64,000 nucleotides of DNA from Oopsacas minuta (lineage: Eukaryota > Animalia > Porifera), in contig JAKMXF010000077.1 in NCBI GenBank assembly GCA_024704765.1, positions 124,001-188,000 on the forward strand, in the 5' to 3' direction. Of this stretch, positions 27,201-39,772 are shown in pieces. The notes under the pieces are model-generated. The model did not search any database. It was not told where the DNA came from and was given only the letters and a program-made list of their open reading frames with translations. Numbering within the stretch: the stretch's first letter is position 1; every line of letters starts with the position of its first letter. The translations under genes and the position numbers were made by a program.

Positions 27201-28519
27201 CAGGGTGACCAATAAATACTGTTACTCGCTTTTATAGTAGTATCAGTAAAACTATGATCCTAACTTGCGCTAAATCACTCTATGTAGTTATAAATACTAA
27301 AATTATCACGTGTTTTGATTATTGTTCGAATATGCCACCTTTGGCTTTCACACAGCTCTTCAGACGTCCAACAAAGGACTCTACGCTTGCTCGCACCTGT
27401 TCTTCTGGAATTCTATCCCATTTACGTGTTAAAGCCGCTCGAAGATCTCTAAACTTTTGTGAGGTTTAGAGCATGCTTTGGACTCCAAAATGGACCATAT
27501 AGAATAATCGAGAGGATTCAAATCTGGCGAACAGGGTGACCATTCTTCCGAAGAAATATATGTAGGGCAATTCCCTTGCACCATTTTTGGGTCGTCCTGG
27601 CTTTGTGAGCTGGTGCTGAGTCCTGTTGAAAGTTCCATGGCCGACTTCCGAAATGTTTTTGGGCCCAGGGCTTTAAAACTGATTCGAGAATAGACTCGCG
27701 GTAAATAGACTGGTTGAGACTGGTTGATCTAAACACCTTGGGGGATAAATACTAGAGGCGTCCATCCATCTGAGGTTACCCAGGCCCGAACCATCCCAGA
27801 GGCTGGTTTTTGTGTCCGAGAGACACGAAATGAAGATGGAGGTAAAGACGCTATATTTGTAGCCAATATTCTGTCATTTTGCTTATTTATTTGCTGTCCA
27901 ACTACAACGAGCTTTTGATCAGAAAAAGAAAATTCGATTCTGTAACGCACCAGTGAACCTCCCAAGCAGTGATTGACATCTATCTAGTCTTTTATTTTTA
28001 TTTTGACTAACAACAACTGTTTCTTCTGAAACTTATAAGAACTCATCCCTAACTCGTTTCTCACCATTACTCTCATTGACTCATGCGTAACATTCATTTC
28101 TTTAGCTAGTTTTCTTATGTTTCTCACAGAATTTCGTGATATTCGGAGTTTCACGTTCTTTCTCAAGGCTGAAGTCCTAACTGTGCGTTTGCGACCTTTT
28201 CTTGAGCGATTTTTGATGCTTCCAGTATTAAATCACCGAAATATAGTTCTAGGCACAAACATCTTATTCATCTTCAACGATTTTGCAATTTCAGAATTTG
28301 AATGTTCGTTCTTGTGGAGTTCTCTACCCGCTGAACTCCCAGATAACATCGTATTTCGTGCAAGTGATTGAAAACTACCATACAATAATCACCAAGTTCG
28401 ATTGTAACTCACTAGTTGTATAGTAACGTTAGTTATAGAAGTATAAATCTAATGGTAGGATATGATCTTTTCGGCTATAGTGATGCATAAAGTGGTAACA
28501 GTATTTATTGGTCACCCTG
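27201..28519 (-). mobile_element. maT (DD37D) transposon, degenerate
   Basis: 25-bp TIR CAGGGTGACCAATAAATACTGTTAC, TA TSD; QQDSAPAH...WSPCSPDLNPLDYSIW across frameshifts. Confidence 0.92.
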
Positions 28520-28529
28520 TAGTCCTTCT

Positions 28530-29600
28530 ATTAAGATGGAATGGGATCCCATTAGTATTGAAGGACAGCTCTGGAAACGAGCACATATTGAAGATGCAAT
28601 TTGTGAATAGGAAAGCACCATTAAGCTGATTGAAGATGAGTGTGATCTGATTTAGTCGATTTTGAGTCAGAAGTATGCAATGTTCTAATTCACAAAGAAT
28701 TAGTATCCATTTTTTACTGATCATTTGAGGTATCTAAAATAAAGGCTTTCACATATACGTAGTGGTAACAATGATAAAGGATGAAATTATTAGATATATT
28801 TATCAGTCTGAAAAACAATTTTTCTGACGTTATTTCTTGATTAATGATTAAATGTCTACAAATGTACGACTCACAAACCTATCTCTCGCTCATCCATTAA
28901 ACTGTTCCCTATGATCATAAGAACTATTTCTGACATTGTAAGCTGTTATTTTTATGTAGATACTATTGGTAGAGACAATTACACGCACAAAATGAAGTTG
29001 ATTTCGCTACAACTTGACAAATTATCCATTATTCGCAATTTCTTATCTACTTCAATTAATCGTAAAATTTAATATTCCATATTAATGTATTAGAACATTA
29101 TTTAACTCTGTTAAATGCGATGTCTTCAAGCAAACACCAAAATTGACATCAATAGTTTGTCGGCCTTAGAGACTTGAAAGACAGAAAGAAAATTGGGCCC
29201 TTATAATATTTCATGAATCAGTTTCATTAAGTACATTAGCTTACTATATTGAAAAGATGATGTAGGCAATGACCATACTGTCAAGATTTTGTAATGAATT
29301 TCGGATATGTGCAAAATTTTAAATTTGAACTAAGCGTGGAAAAGATACATTTACATGATGAATTGGGTGCAGCTCTCTATCTCAATGATACTCGAAAATT
29401 TTGTTAACATAAAGTGGTATCTTGGTTAGATTGTGGAGATATCCTCCAATGACGAAGAGAAAATTAAATTTCACACTTATTTGCAATGCACTACCTCTAC
29501 TCCTTGAAATAACTTGGAATAATTACAGCATTAATACCTGTTGACATGAAAGATCCAGAACAATCCTTTAGAACATTTTTTGTCATATTGCCAAATATTA
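28530..29600 (+). pseudogene. Possible very degenerate Sola-like transposase remnant
   Basis: Only scattered plus-strand fragments (FTDHL, HP..HKNYF, WYLG*IVEISSNDEE) reminiscent of Sola-type transposases; weak. Confidence 0.25.
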
Positions 29601-31479
29601 AGTCCTAAAGCCGATTAGAGCTTTCAATATTCCCAAATTGTTTCATATTAAGACCCATTCTTTTGAACTGTAGAGAAAATATCACCCATGGAATATAGAA
29701 AATATATTCAGACTCAATTAATCAAAATCGAAATTGTAATGAATTGATTTAGAATATTAATATATCAGTCAGTTATAACTCCCAAATACTCCTAAATTCT
29801 TATTATCTCAAGTTAAGTCCCTTATACTTGTAAAGAGATATGCAGTACTGTATTTATACCTCAAAAACTCAAATGGAGATCAAATATGCACTGCTTTTAA
29901 CAATTCTATTGTTCTGAAATGTAAAAGATGCATTTGTTAAACAACAGGTACTGCTAGTACTGTAAATAATAGGGATTCATTGAGTATGGAAATTTAACTG
30001 TAGCTTATTATATGCAGATTATATTCATGAAAAAATAATTACCAAATTATCCATGGATAATTTAAAAGATATTTATTTCCCGAATTCACAACCTTTGAAT
30101 AATTGTAGAGGATAATTAGAAAGAACAAAAGGGGGTAATTCAATGCGTTGATTCTGAATTTCACGCTCTTGAATTTGTACCGATCAAATGTTCTCCAATA
30201 TTCCCTTCTGTTAATATTATTTAGCCAACTGATAATTATTGCAAACAAATTGAACATTATATGAGCAGGTTAAAAATAACAAATAGCAAATAAATTATTT
30301 GATGGATTTGAATTCCTCTCTCCGCTCGAAAAATAAAAAATTACAATATGTGCCGGCAGCTTAATCTATTATTTAAATGTTTAAAAATTCCATCATAAAT
30401 TGGAAGCACTGTGTATTGGGATTAAACATAACATTTCATAATGCCATGCATATAAACATTAAATTATTAGAATTAGCTGTCGGAACAGGTTACAATAGCA
30501 TATTTGTTAACAACTGGGATAGTCATAGAAATGAATGACGACATGGGCGATCAGTTTAGAATGATAGAATTATTAGATTTAATAGATCACTCAACTATCC
30601 ATCAAACCCTGTAATCGAAAGTGCAAAACAGTATATATATGTTCTTATTAAAATTGATTCCAAAATTGATACAACGATTCACTTGCATATAGCTTGTTAT
30701 TCATTAGAAATTTGTTGTGTAGCCTCAAGAAGTATGATATGGAATCTAGTATATTTATCACAATTGAGTCAGATATTGGCAGTTTTCGTGCAACCTAGCG
30801 TCAGAATTATAACAGTTCATGAGTGTCAGATTTCAGCAGTTCAAGTGCGTTAGAGTATAGGAGAAAAATGATCGAGAATGTATACATCTTATGTGTATCA
30901 TTCAAAATAGCAACACAAGATTGTCTAAACTGTCCAGATTGAGTAGCGAGTAATTTAGAATATGCAACAACTTTTCAAATTTATCAGTGTATATTTCAAA
31001 GTGCACTGTGTAATAGCACTGTAAGTGATATAATCTTTATTTCTATCAAGCTTAAATGAGAATACAGAAGAATAAATAACATAGTTGGGATAATTATTTG
31101 CTTGGTCTTTGGTAATAAGTACAATAACCTCTAATTATTCTACTAAAATCTTCAATATTTGGGGATACAAGTGAATCCATGGTCCAAAAAGAATAGTGAT
31201 TGCCATTGCCTTAGTATATTAGAATGCTATGATCTAGATTACACCTTTGAAAATTCTGAAAAATTGTGAACATTGAATATAACACATTCTTCACAAAGTC
31301 GTAAAATAATGAGATAATTTTTCGAAATATATAGCGATGTCAAATAATAATGCAAGAATAGTTTGTGAAATTTAAAGATTTTGCAACATTGTGAGTTGAA
31401 TTCCATAAATTGGTGAAGTGCAGATTTCAGATTCGGAATGAGAATAGTCGATAGAACATAATGTGGGGATGAGGCGCTC

Positions 31480-32400
31480 AAACATCACATAAAGTTACAC
31501 AAGAGAGGGGGCAGGGTAAATTGTACCATTGGTAAACTTTTTGCATTACAAAAAGGTCAAAAAGGGTCAAAAAAGGGTCAATTAAGTGAGTAGTTTGAAC
31601 AGTCACATAACACATAAACGCATGTAGTGTCCAAGAAGCAAAACTTTTCCAGATTGTGTCATACAAATTGTGAACAGATCAAATAATTCTGAGTACATAT
31701 TTGACTACTACTGGTCCCTATTACCACAGTTTTAATATTTCCAAAGTTTTAAAGTAATAATGTTGATGTACTAATAGTAGACTTGTTTGTCAAAGCATTT
31801 TCAAATGATTTGGTTTGATCTGATTTGAATTCATACTTATAGATGGAATAATTATTGTATTTGACAAGATGAGTATTTGAAAAGATTTGATGGGATCGGT
31901 AGGGATAGGATGGCCTGCACGCTTATTAGACAAACTGGACATCCGCAGTTGGTGGATAAACGACCCATACCATAGATTGCAGTAGGAAATTAATTCGGGC
32001 CATTGGGTATCCGGGCACCAAGGGTGGAGCTAGACATGTACATGATGGGATTTGAATGATATTTTGAAAGGATAGGTTTGGAAATGATTGTTTTGATGTG
32101 ATTTGATTTGTTTGACGTGAAAAAGATTTATTATAATTTTTAACTAGAAACATATATCTAATCCTGAGCCCTGGTTATTAGCATAGTAATATTTTGCCAC
32201 AAATGAGAAAAGGAGCACATCACTGGACTCTTGAAAACTACACAAGGATCCAACCCAAACCCATGGCCCATCCATGGTATTAAACCGATCACGGAAGAAG
32301 TTTTACGTTCGTAACGAAGAGAATCCGTCAATTTTAACACTTCGTTTAACCACTTCTTGTAGCCAAATTGAGATTTCAACACCTTTTGAAGTCATAAAAT
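31480..32400 (-). pseudogene. Possible decayed cytochrome b561/ferric-chelate-reductase-like membrane domain
   Basis: Minus-strand fragments YHGWAMGLGWILV and CRPSYPYRSHQIFSNTHL recall the HG.LM..AW and RP....R.IFN..H heme-ligand segments; followed by hydrophobic stretches. Weak and broken. Confidence 0.25.
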
Positions 32401-32815
32401 GACGCAATTTCAAGCATCATTCGGTTAATTGTTGATTCCTTAAGTTACCTAAATTTGATAGCAATGCAAATAAGCTCTGTTAAGAGAAATTGCAGATTTA
32501 AGATTAAACACAGGTATTATTGATAATGTAAATTTTATACAAGCTATATAATCAAAATTTACTCAAGTCTATTTTAATATAAAATACAGAAACTTGATGA
32601 TGATAATATTGTCACATTAGTGAGTTAAATTAGATATCCTTGATGGCACTAATTGTATAATCCATTTACAAATCGATAGTTGGTAGAGGGATAATAAAAT
32701 AAGTCCTGCCAATAAGTGCTAAACTCCCAACTCCCCATACCATTGTGATAAAACTTGGTACGATTTCTATAACCGATGGAGCACAATCGTGAATATTCGC
32801 ATCAAAGGGTCATTA

Positions 32816-34161
32816 CAGGGTGTAACAAATGTATTGTCGTTATTTACTGATAATGTTGCTTGACATTACATAGTATTATACAACCTTAATCATTGATTCC
32901 TTTACTCAAGAGTATTGATACATGTTATTGTCAAAGTATATAGCAGTCAATTTTTATTGTATTCAACTTTTCGATTTTTTCTTGGGATTTTCAAAAACTT
33001 CTCAATTCTATAAGAGATGAATGTCCAAGATTATGGATCTTCTTTAAGATCTCAGGCAATAGGGATGCTAAAAGCTGGAGAAAGAACTAAAACTGTTGCT
33101 CAAAGACTCAACGTCAATATTCGATCTGTTCAAAGGTGGGGACGCAGCGATAATCTTGGATTTTCGATGGAATCAAAGCCCAAGTCTGGATGTCCACCGA
33201 AAATTAACCGAGTTGCCAAAATTGTGTTAAAGAAATCTCTAGGAAAGAGAAGGCAATGAACGCGTAAGCTCGCTTTGAGGTTAACGAGGGGTGATTGTAA
33301 TGTTTCCCACATGTCTGTCCATCGGTATTTACGTAAGTCTTTGGGAGTGAAACCTTATAAAAGACCGAGAAAGTTTCGTTTGACCTTAAAAAAGAAGGAA
33401 AATCGGATGAAATTTGCGGTAACTTATAAGGATTGGACAGTTGGTGATTGGAATAGAATTTTATGGTCTGATGAATTTCCCTTTCAATTATTTCAAATAC
33501 CAAACAGACAGAATAACCGTGTTTGGAGCAAGGATGCGGCTTCAATCCAACCTTGTATGAAGGTAAAATTTCCAGCCAAAATCCCGATGTGGGGCATGAT
33601 GTCCCACCAAGCCCTATCTGAGCTGCATATCATACCTCAAAGAGAAACTGTAAATGGAGATTACTACCGTACAAAGATTCTAGCTGGAACATGCAAAGAT
33701 GCCATTCACAGGAGAGCCAAAAATGGGTCAGTTTTAGAGCGGTCTATGACCTCAGAGATGTCTGGGATTATTTTCATGCAAGACGGGGCACCTGCTCACA
33801 CGGCTAAACTGACACAGGAATGGTATGAACATAATCTTCCTGCGTTTGGGCATAAAGCTGAGTGGCCCGGAAACTCGCCCCATCTAAATCCAATCGACAA
33901 TTTGTGGGCTATCATGAAAGATAAGGTAGATGAGCTGGAGCAAGCAATTACCGTTAACGGACTTATAAAAAATTTGAAAAAGGCATGGAGTAATATATCG
34001 GGTGATGTTTTGCAAAAAATTGTATCTAGTATGCCTATGCGAGTCACACAAGTTTTAGAAAGGCAAGGAGACTATATAGAGAAATAAAACGGTAATATTT
34101 GTGCTATTTTGAGATTAGTTATATTCAGTTTAGAAAACGACAATACATTTGTTACACCCTG
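32816..34161 (+). mobile_element. DD37E-family Tc1/mariner transposon, near intact
   Basis: Perfect 26-bp TIR CAGGGTGTAACAAATGTATTGTCGTT, TA TSD. Confidence 0.95.
33017..34087 (+). pseudogene. Transposase with a single in-frame TGA (33257-33259); third catalytic residue is D rather than E
   Basis: ORFs 33017-33259 and 33275-34087 share a frame; LWSDE, MQDGAPAH-37-D in WPGNSPHLNPIDNLW; homologs at 9.3 and 12.8 kb have IENLW. Confidence 0.92.
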
Positions 34162-34504
34162 TATATGCCGCATATTCACTAAGCACCAAGTTCGAACTTA
34201 AGTCCTATTCACTAAGAATTATGTACAAACCTGTTACAATAACGGGTGATAAAACATGTACTATCGACACGGATCGTTTGAATAAATGAAAGTATCTTGA
34301 ATTAGAATCACTCTCACAGATCAGATCCACAGGGTTGGAAATTTTCACGTAATGAATGAGTATACAATAAATCTTAGAAGCTCACGTAGAATGGGAATTT
34401 GACACCAAATGGATTTTGAGTGATAATCTTATACCGTATTGGGTGAAGAATAGACCCACTATTGTATCACGTGGATAGAAACTTTGGATATGGATGAATA
34501 AGTA

Positions 34505-37109
34505 CGAGCGTTGTTGAATAAATAATGAGACTTGTTTTCATAAGTCATATAGTAAACATATACCTATCATACCGAGTGTTCAATAAGTTCGAGTAAAGTA
34601 TGCTTACAGTACAGATAGATATAAAAATACTATTTCAAATGTTCGAAATACTCCCCATTAGCATCAATACACCTTTGACACCGTTCCAACCACATGTTAA
34701 ATAGTCTTGAGTAGCGACTTTCTGGTATGAGGTCAATCGCATCCAAAAATGCGGCGCTCAGCTCAGTTTCCGAATCAAAACGTCTACCTTTTAGATGGCG
34801 TTTTATAGTAGGAACAACCAGAAGTCACAGGGGGCTAGATCTGGGCTATAGGGTGGATGCTCGATCAATTCTAGCCCCGATTGTTTGATATAGTATTTAG
34901 TTCTTCGTGCAGTGTGAGCTGGAGCATTGTCATGGTGGAAATTCATTCCGCGAAGACCAGTCTTTGGACGCAACCTCTCGACAGCTTGGAACACTTACGG
35001 AAGACAATTTCAGTGTACCAAGTTGCAGTAACAGTGTGCTTCTCAGGAAGCATCACATATTCTATTATCCCTCTTGTAGAGAAGAAAACAGCAAACATTC
35101 GCTTGTCGACCGCCCTGGGTTGCTTAGGAATTGAGTCCGGTTGCTCGTCTTCAAAGATCCATTTTGAGCTCTGCTGCTTTGATTGAATGTCGTAATAATA
35201 GATCCATGTCTCGTCACCAGTTATGACTTCTGACCAGCGTCGCGAATCTTTTTGGAATACTTTAGCAGCATAAATCGACAAAATCTAGTCGACGATTTTT
35301 TTGCTCAAAATTTAATAAATGGGGGACCAACTTAGAACAAAACCTCTTTAGCCCGAGGTGTTGGTGTAAGATGGTTTCTATTGTCTCCGATGAGACCGAA
35401 ACCTCGAAGGCTATCTGTCTGACAGTGATTTGCCAATCCTCAGTTACTAGCTCCGATACTTTGTCGATATTCTCCTCGGTGACCGCCGTAATTGGACGTC
35501 CTGGACGTGACTCATCGTCAAGGGATGTGTGACCTAAACGGGATTGACGATACCACTTATAGATGCTGGATTGGGTTGGATTTTGATCCCTAAAGATAGA
35601 AAACATCTCACAACAGCAATCAGCAACGTTTAATCCACGTTTGAAATTGTAGAAAATGATGGCACGGAAATCTCTCTTATTCAAATTTTCCATAATATTA
35701 AAATATTGAAAGTGAAGATATAAAATTGGCTACAAAAAGTCGAGTATAGTACTTATAATCCTGAAATTTGGTTAGGAAGTATGGATTCACTAGGTATGTA
35801 TGTGGTTACGTTAAATTAGCTCTACTATAAGTGCTTTGTATAGTTTACTCGAACTTATTGAAGACTCGGCAATTGATTATAAAATGTTTCGAAAAATTCC
35901 CACTTTAACTTTAACCACCTCCATCGTTCTGGTAACTTTCCAGCCCAGCGGTATAGAATTCTGTAGGGGTCCCTTTTCCCACTGTTATATTTCGTACTCC
36001 AGTAGTTTGAAATTCTCAAATCTCTTCGCTCGAAGAAGTCTCTTCATCTATCCAAACAGCCAGTAGTCACTGGGAACCAAGTCTGGACTATACGGGGGGA
36101 TTAGGGAGGTATTCGAATCCTAAGTCGTCAATTGCAGCCATTGTCTTGGAGCTTACTTGGAGCCTTGCGTTGTCATGTTGCAGCAATAAGCTACAGTCAA
36201 CTTGCCTTGCCTCTCACGCTTAATCACTTGACGCAATTCTTTCAATTCGTCAACGTAATAATCACTGTTTATGGTTGTTTCCTCAGGCAACCAGTCGAAG
36301 TGAATATTTCCTCCCCTATCACAAAATACTGTTGCCATTCTCTTCCCTGCTGATTTTGCGGCCTCTACCTTGATGGATACAGGTTTAGCACGTTTCTTCC
36401 ACTGCTTCGATTGAGTTTTGCTCTCTGGTTCATAATGATGAAGCAAGTTCCATCCCCCGTTACTATACGATCCAAAAGTCTTCCTCTGCCTTGTATCTTA
36501 GAAGTAATTCTTTGCTAACTCTGACCCTTTCGCGTTTTTGTTCTTTTGAAAGAAGTTTTGGGACTCAACGCGCAGTTACCTTCGACATTTCCAGATCTTT
36601 AGTGACAATCGAGTGTATTGTGGCTTTTGATATACCTACCCTCTCTTCTAACTCTCGTAGGGTTATTCGTCTGTCCTCGTCCAAAATTGTTTGGACCCTC
36701 TCGATATTACTGTGGGTTTTGAGGAAGTCCGACGACCTGGAACAGTGTCATCGTGGAGTTCCTCATCGCCATTATCAAAACGTTCGATCCATCTATATAT
36801 GGTGGCGTTCGAAGGACATTCATCACCGAAAATATCCTGCATTTCACGAAGAATGTATGAGCCCGTCTTACCCTTTTTCCACATGTACCAAATTATTTGT
36901 CGTTTTCCTTCTTTGCTAGAATCCATTAGTTGAAAACAATAGCCTATACAAATGAAATTATACTGAAGAATATGCTAGTAGAGTAAAGAGTGTATTGTAT
37001 CGAAGTTAGACAATCAAGTTAGGCTTGCAATCTGATATTAGGCTTAGAGCTGTACTAACTAGAATATGAATCCGATACATTAGTCACATTCCTTATTGAA
37101 CAACCCTTG
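34505..37109 (-). mobile_element. Outer mariner (DD34D) transposon, transposase ~35880-36926, with a nested mariner in its 3' region
   Basis: Diverged TIRs CGAGCGTTGTTGAATAAATAATGAGAC (34505) and CAAGGGTTGTTCAATAAGGAATGTGAC (37109), TA on both flanks; HHYEPESKTQSKQW and PYSPDLVPSDYWLF motifs. Confidence 0.85.
34572..35869 (-). mobile_element. Inner mariner (DD34D) transposon, frameshifted transposase ~34650-35693
   Basis: TIR CCGAGT(G/C)TTCAATAAGTTCGAGTAAA; TA at left, CA at right; VITGDETWIYYYD, HHDNAPAH-34-D, HPPYSPDLAPCDFW. Confidence 0.92.
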
Positions 37110-38759
37110 TATGTCTGTTGAGATAAAGTCTCTAAGTATATATCGATATTTCAACTGTTTGTTGACAATATAATCATAAAAAAACAACTAATTAATTCTC
37201 AAAATGATTAGTTAGAAAGGGGTAAAATCGGATTCATCCTATTCAACTACCCCAAAGTAATTGTTTAGATTTCCAATATCCTCAACACAAACAAACAAAC
37301 GACAAACACCTACACAATAATTGAGTTATAATATTGTAATCCAAAATGTAATTCAACCTCAATAATGCAAATACCTTTTCTTAATATTTCTTAATTTGTT
37401 TTTCCTCAGCACCAGCCCTAACGCAGCCACTGCATTAACCGACTACAAATTATTTGAGGCACTGTGTACCACATGGAAGTCCTAATCAAAAACGTTGACC
37501 AAATAGTAAGTGTTACATTTATATATTATTAGATTTTCAGACAAAAATCAGTTTCCTGAAATGAAATGTGTAGAAGAAATGTTCATTTATAATGTCATAG
37601 AAATAACAACTTCAATGTTGATGACATAACCGCAAAATAGCTATATCTTGGGTATTTATTCGCTTTCCATGGAAATGGATTCGTGTTATGTAATATAACG
37701 TGACCCACGTAATATAGGGCCTTGCGTTAGGTTCAGAAAATGGACCAGTTATGACTTTTTGCTCGATCAGGCAATATATTCGAAGGATACAGAAACTGGC
37801 AAAAAGATGTGTCTAGCAAGCAAGATTTAGTAATATATTTCATTCATCATGAAATATAGTACAGTGTACATATCGGAGAATTCATTTCAAAATCAATATT
37901 CCGGAATGAAATAATGTATAAGATTGTTAATAGACTACTCTATAATACAGATAGGGAACCAGCCGAGGAATAAATCAAAAGAGAGGCCAGTTTTTACTTT
38001 TCGCCTGAAGTCAAACTTCCGTTTGGAAACTACAACTTTTCACCTACGTAATATGAGGTAATCGGGTATGGTGCATCATTTGCTTCGAATTTCCGAAAAG
38101 TAAGTCAATAGATTCAGTTAGTAGAGTGCACAAAATCCAGAGTTAGTTTTTGGGTTTTATCAGTTAGAGACACTGTCAGTTCACTAAGGCAACATCACGT
38201 TTAAGAAGGATTTGATAGGTTATTATCTTTTCAGGTCGTAGTGTCTCGGCCAAACTCACGAGATAACGACCGCCACTCATGTGTCGATATTGGGAGAATC
38301 GCATTACAATGGATCGGTTTGTAATCAGCCGGTTGAACATAATGAAAGCTATCCCTGATTAAGTCATCTGATAGGTCAGCAATAGCGACATTTGTGTTTA
38401 ATAAAGCTTCAATGGTTTGTTTACAAGAGGCCAATTTTCTTAGAATGCTTCCAAGTAATTAACCAATAATTCATTTCCAAGAAAAAGATACATCTATCTA
38501 TCAGTGTATATTATGAAATATCATTTGCAAAGTGTTGAGGATGATAATGTTCTTTTGACTCTACAAGCACTAACTACGTATTTATTTTGAGCTCTAATAA
38601 TGCTGTAGGTACAATATCTTTGTCCTTAAGATATTCGCGCATTGCAGCTGAAGTTGTATTTTCAAAAATAGCTAGAGCAAGTGGACAGATTGTTTGTTAA
38701 AAAAGTCGCACAGTAGGTTTTTTACGAATACTGGGAGAAATACAGCCTGTTGCTTTTGG

Positions 38760-39020
38760 GAATAGAAGAATGATATATTGTTGGGATGATGTAAATTTTC
38801 ATATTAAGTCTTGTCTATATTGGATGGCGGATAATATACATTTCTTCAAAATGTTATATGCATAGTCTTGAAAACTGAGTAACTGTACAACTTTTCGGAT
38901 GCAAAAACTTGGCCCATTTCTGTCGAAATTCATCCTGCTTAGGAAAGGTAAACATAGCCGTACTTGGTCCATCAATATGACCTGTACGAAGGCCTACCAC
39001 TGAGCATTTTTGATGGCATA
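38760..39020 (-). pseudogene. THAP-domain fragment of a second P-like transposase
   Basis: CSVVG..RTG...MFTFPKQDEFRQKWAKFL....TQFSRLCI*HFEE matches the THAP C2CH pattern; no downstream catalytic core recognised. Confidence 0.6.
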
Positions 39021-39772
39021 GAGAATGTATGAGAATAAAGAATAATCTAGGTAACAAGGAAATACATGAAAGTTGTAATAAATCTCGAGAGAAATGTATT
39101 AGATATTTCTGAAATAGTTGGTGATAAATATAAGTAAAGTAAGATAAATATAGAAAGCTACGCATGGACATATAATAGAAAGGGTCGAAGAGGTAAGAAA
39201 GAAGAAAGAAAAGTGAATATATCAAATAAAATTGGGTGATTGATTCTTGTAAATAACATATTGTCTGCACATGTGGTTTGATTTCAAAATTTTGCTTAAA
39301 TTTTGAATAGTTACCAGTGTCTAACGGAAGTCCGACAAATGTTCCAGCGACAAAACGTTCCACGACATTTCGCTCCACTTTTGACTGGTCAATGTTTGTT
39401 AATAATTTAACAGCTTTTGAATGGCTAAATAATATTGCAAATATAATCAATTAATTTGGGATGAATGATTTCAGAAGAATCTAATATTACAGTTTTGATA
39501 TCGCAAACCTAAACATAGAATTTCTGTGTTAACAAAGTGAGGTAAGATGATTTATAGTAAAGGTAACGAATTTATATCAGGAATACATACGTAGTAATTA
39601 ATTCCATTGATGGAGAAGATGCGAAATTAATTTGTATGTTTGCCAGAAAACATGGAAAGTCACCTGTGTAGTTCTATTTAATTGTTGTAACTGTATTATT
39701 TTACAGCTTGCATTATCAGCTAAATATTATTTCCTACATTTTATATTCTTTTAACAACTCGTCATTTTATCA

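Noticed and set aside
17816-33259. Single in-frame stops in two near-intact transposases as evidence of an alternative genetic code or readthrough
   Set aside because: The stops differ (TAA and TGA), and TAA also terminates these ORFs normally; point mutation is simpler.
38854-39450. 198-aa ORF spanning the palindrome edge as a real gene
   Set aside because: It is a chance fusion of MULE TIR antisense sequence, low-complexity DNA and the THAP fragment.
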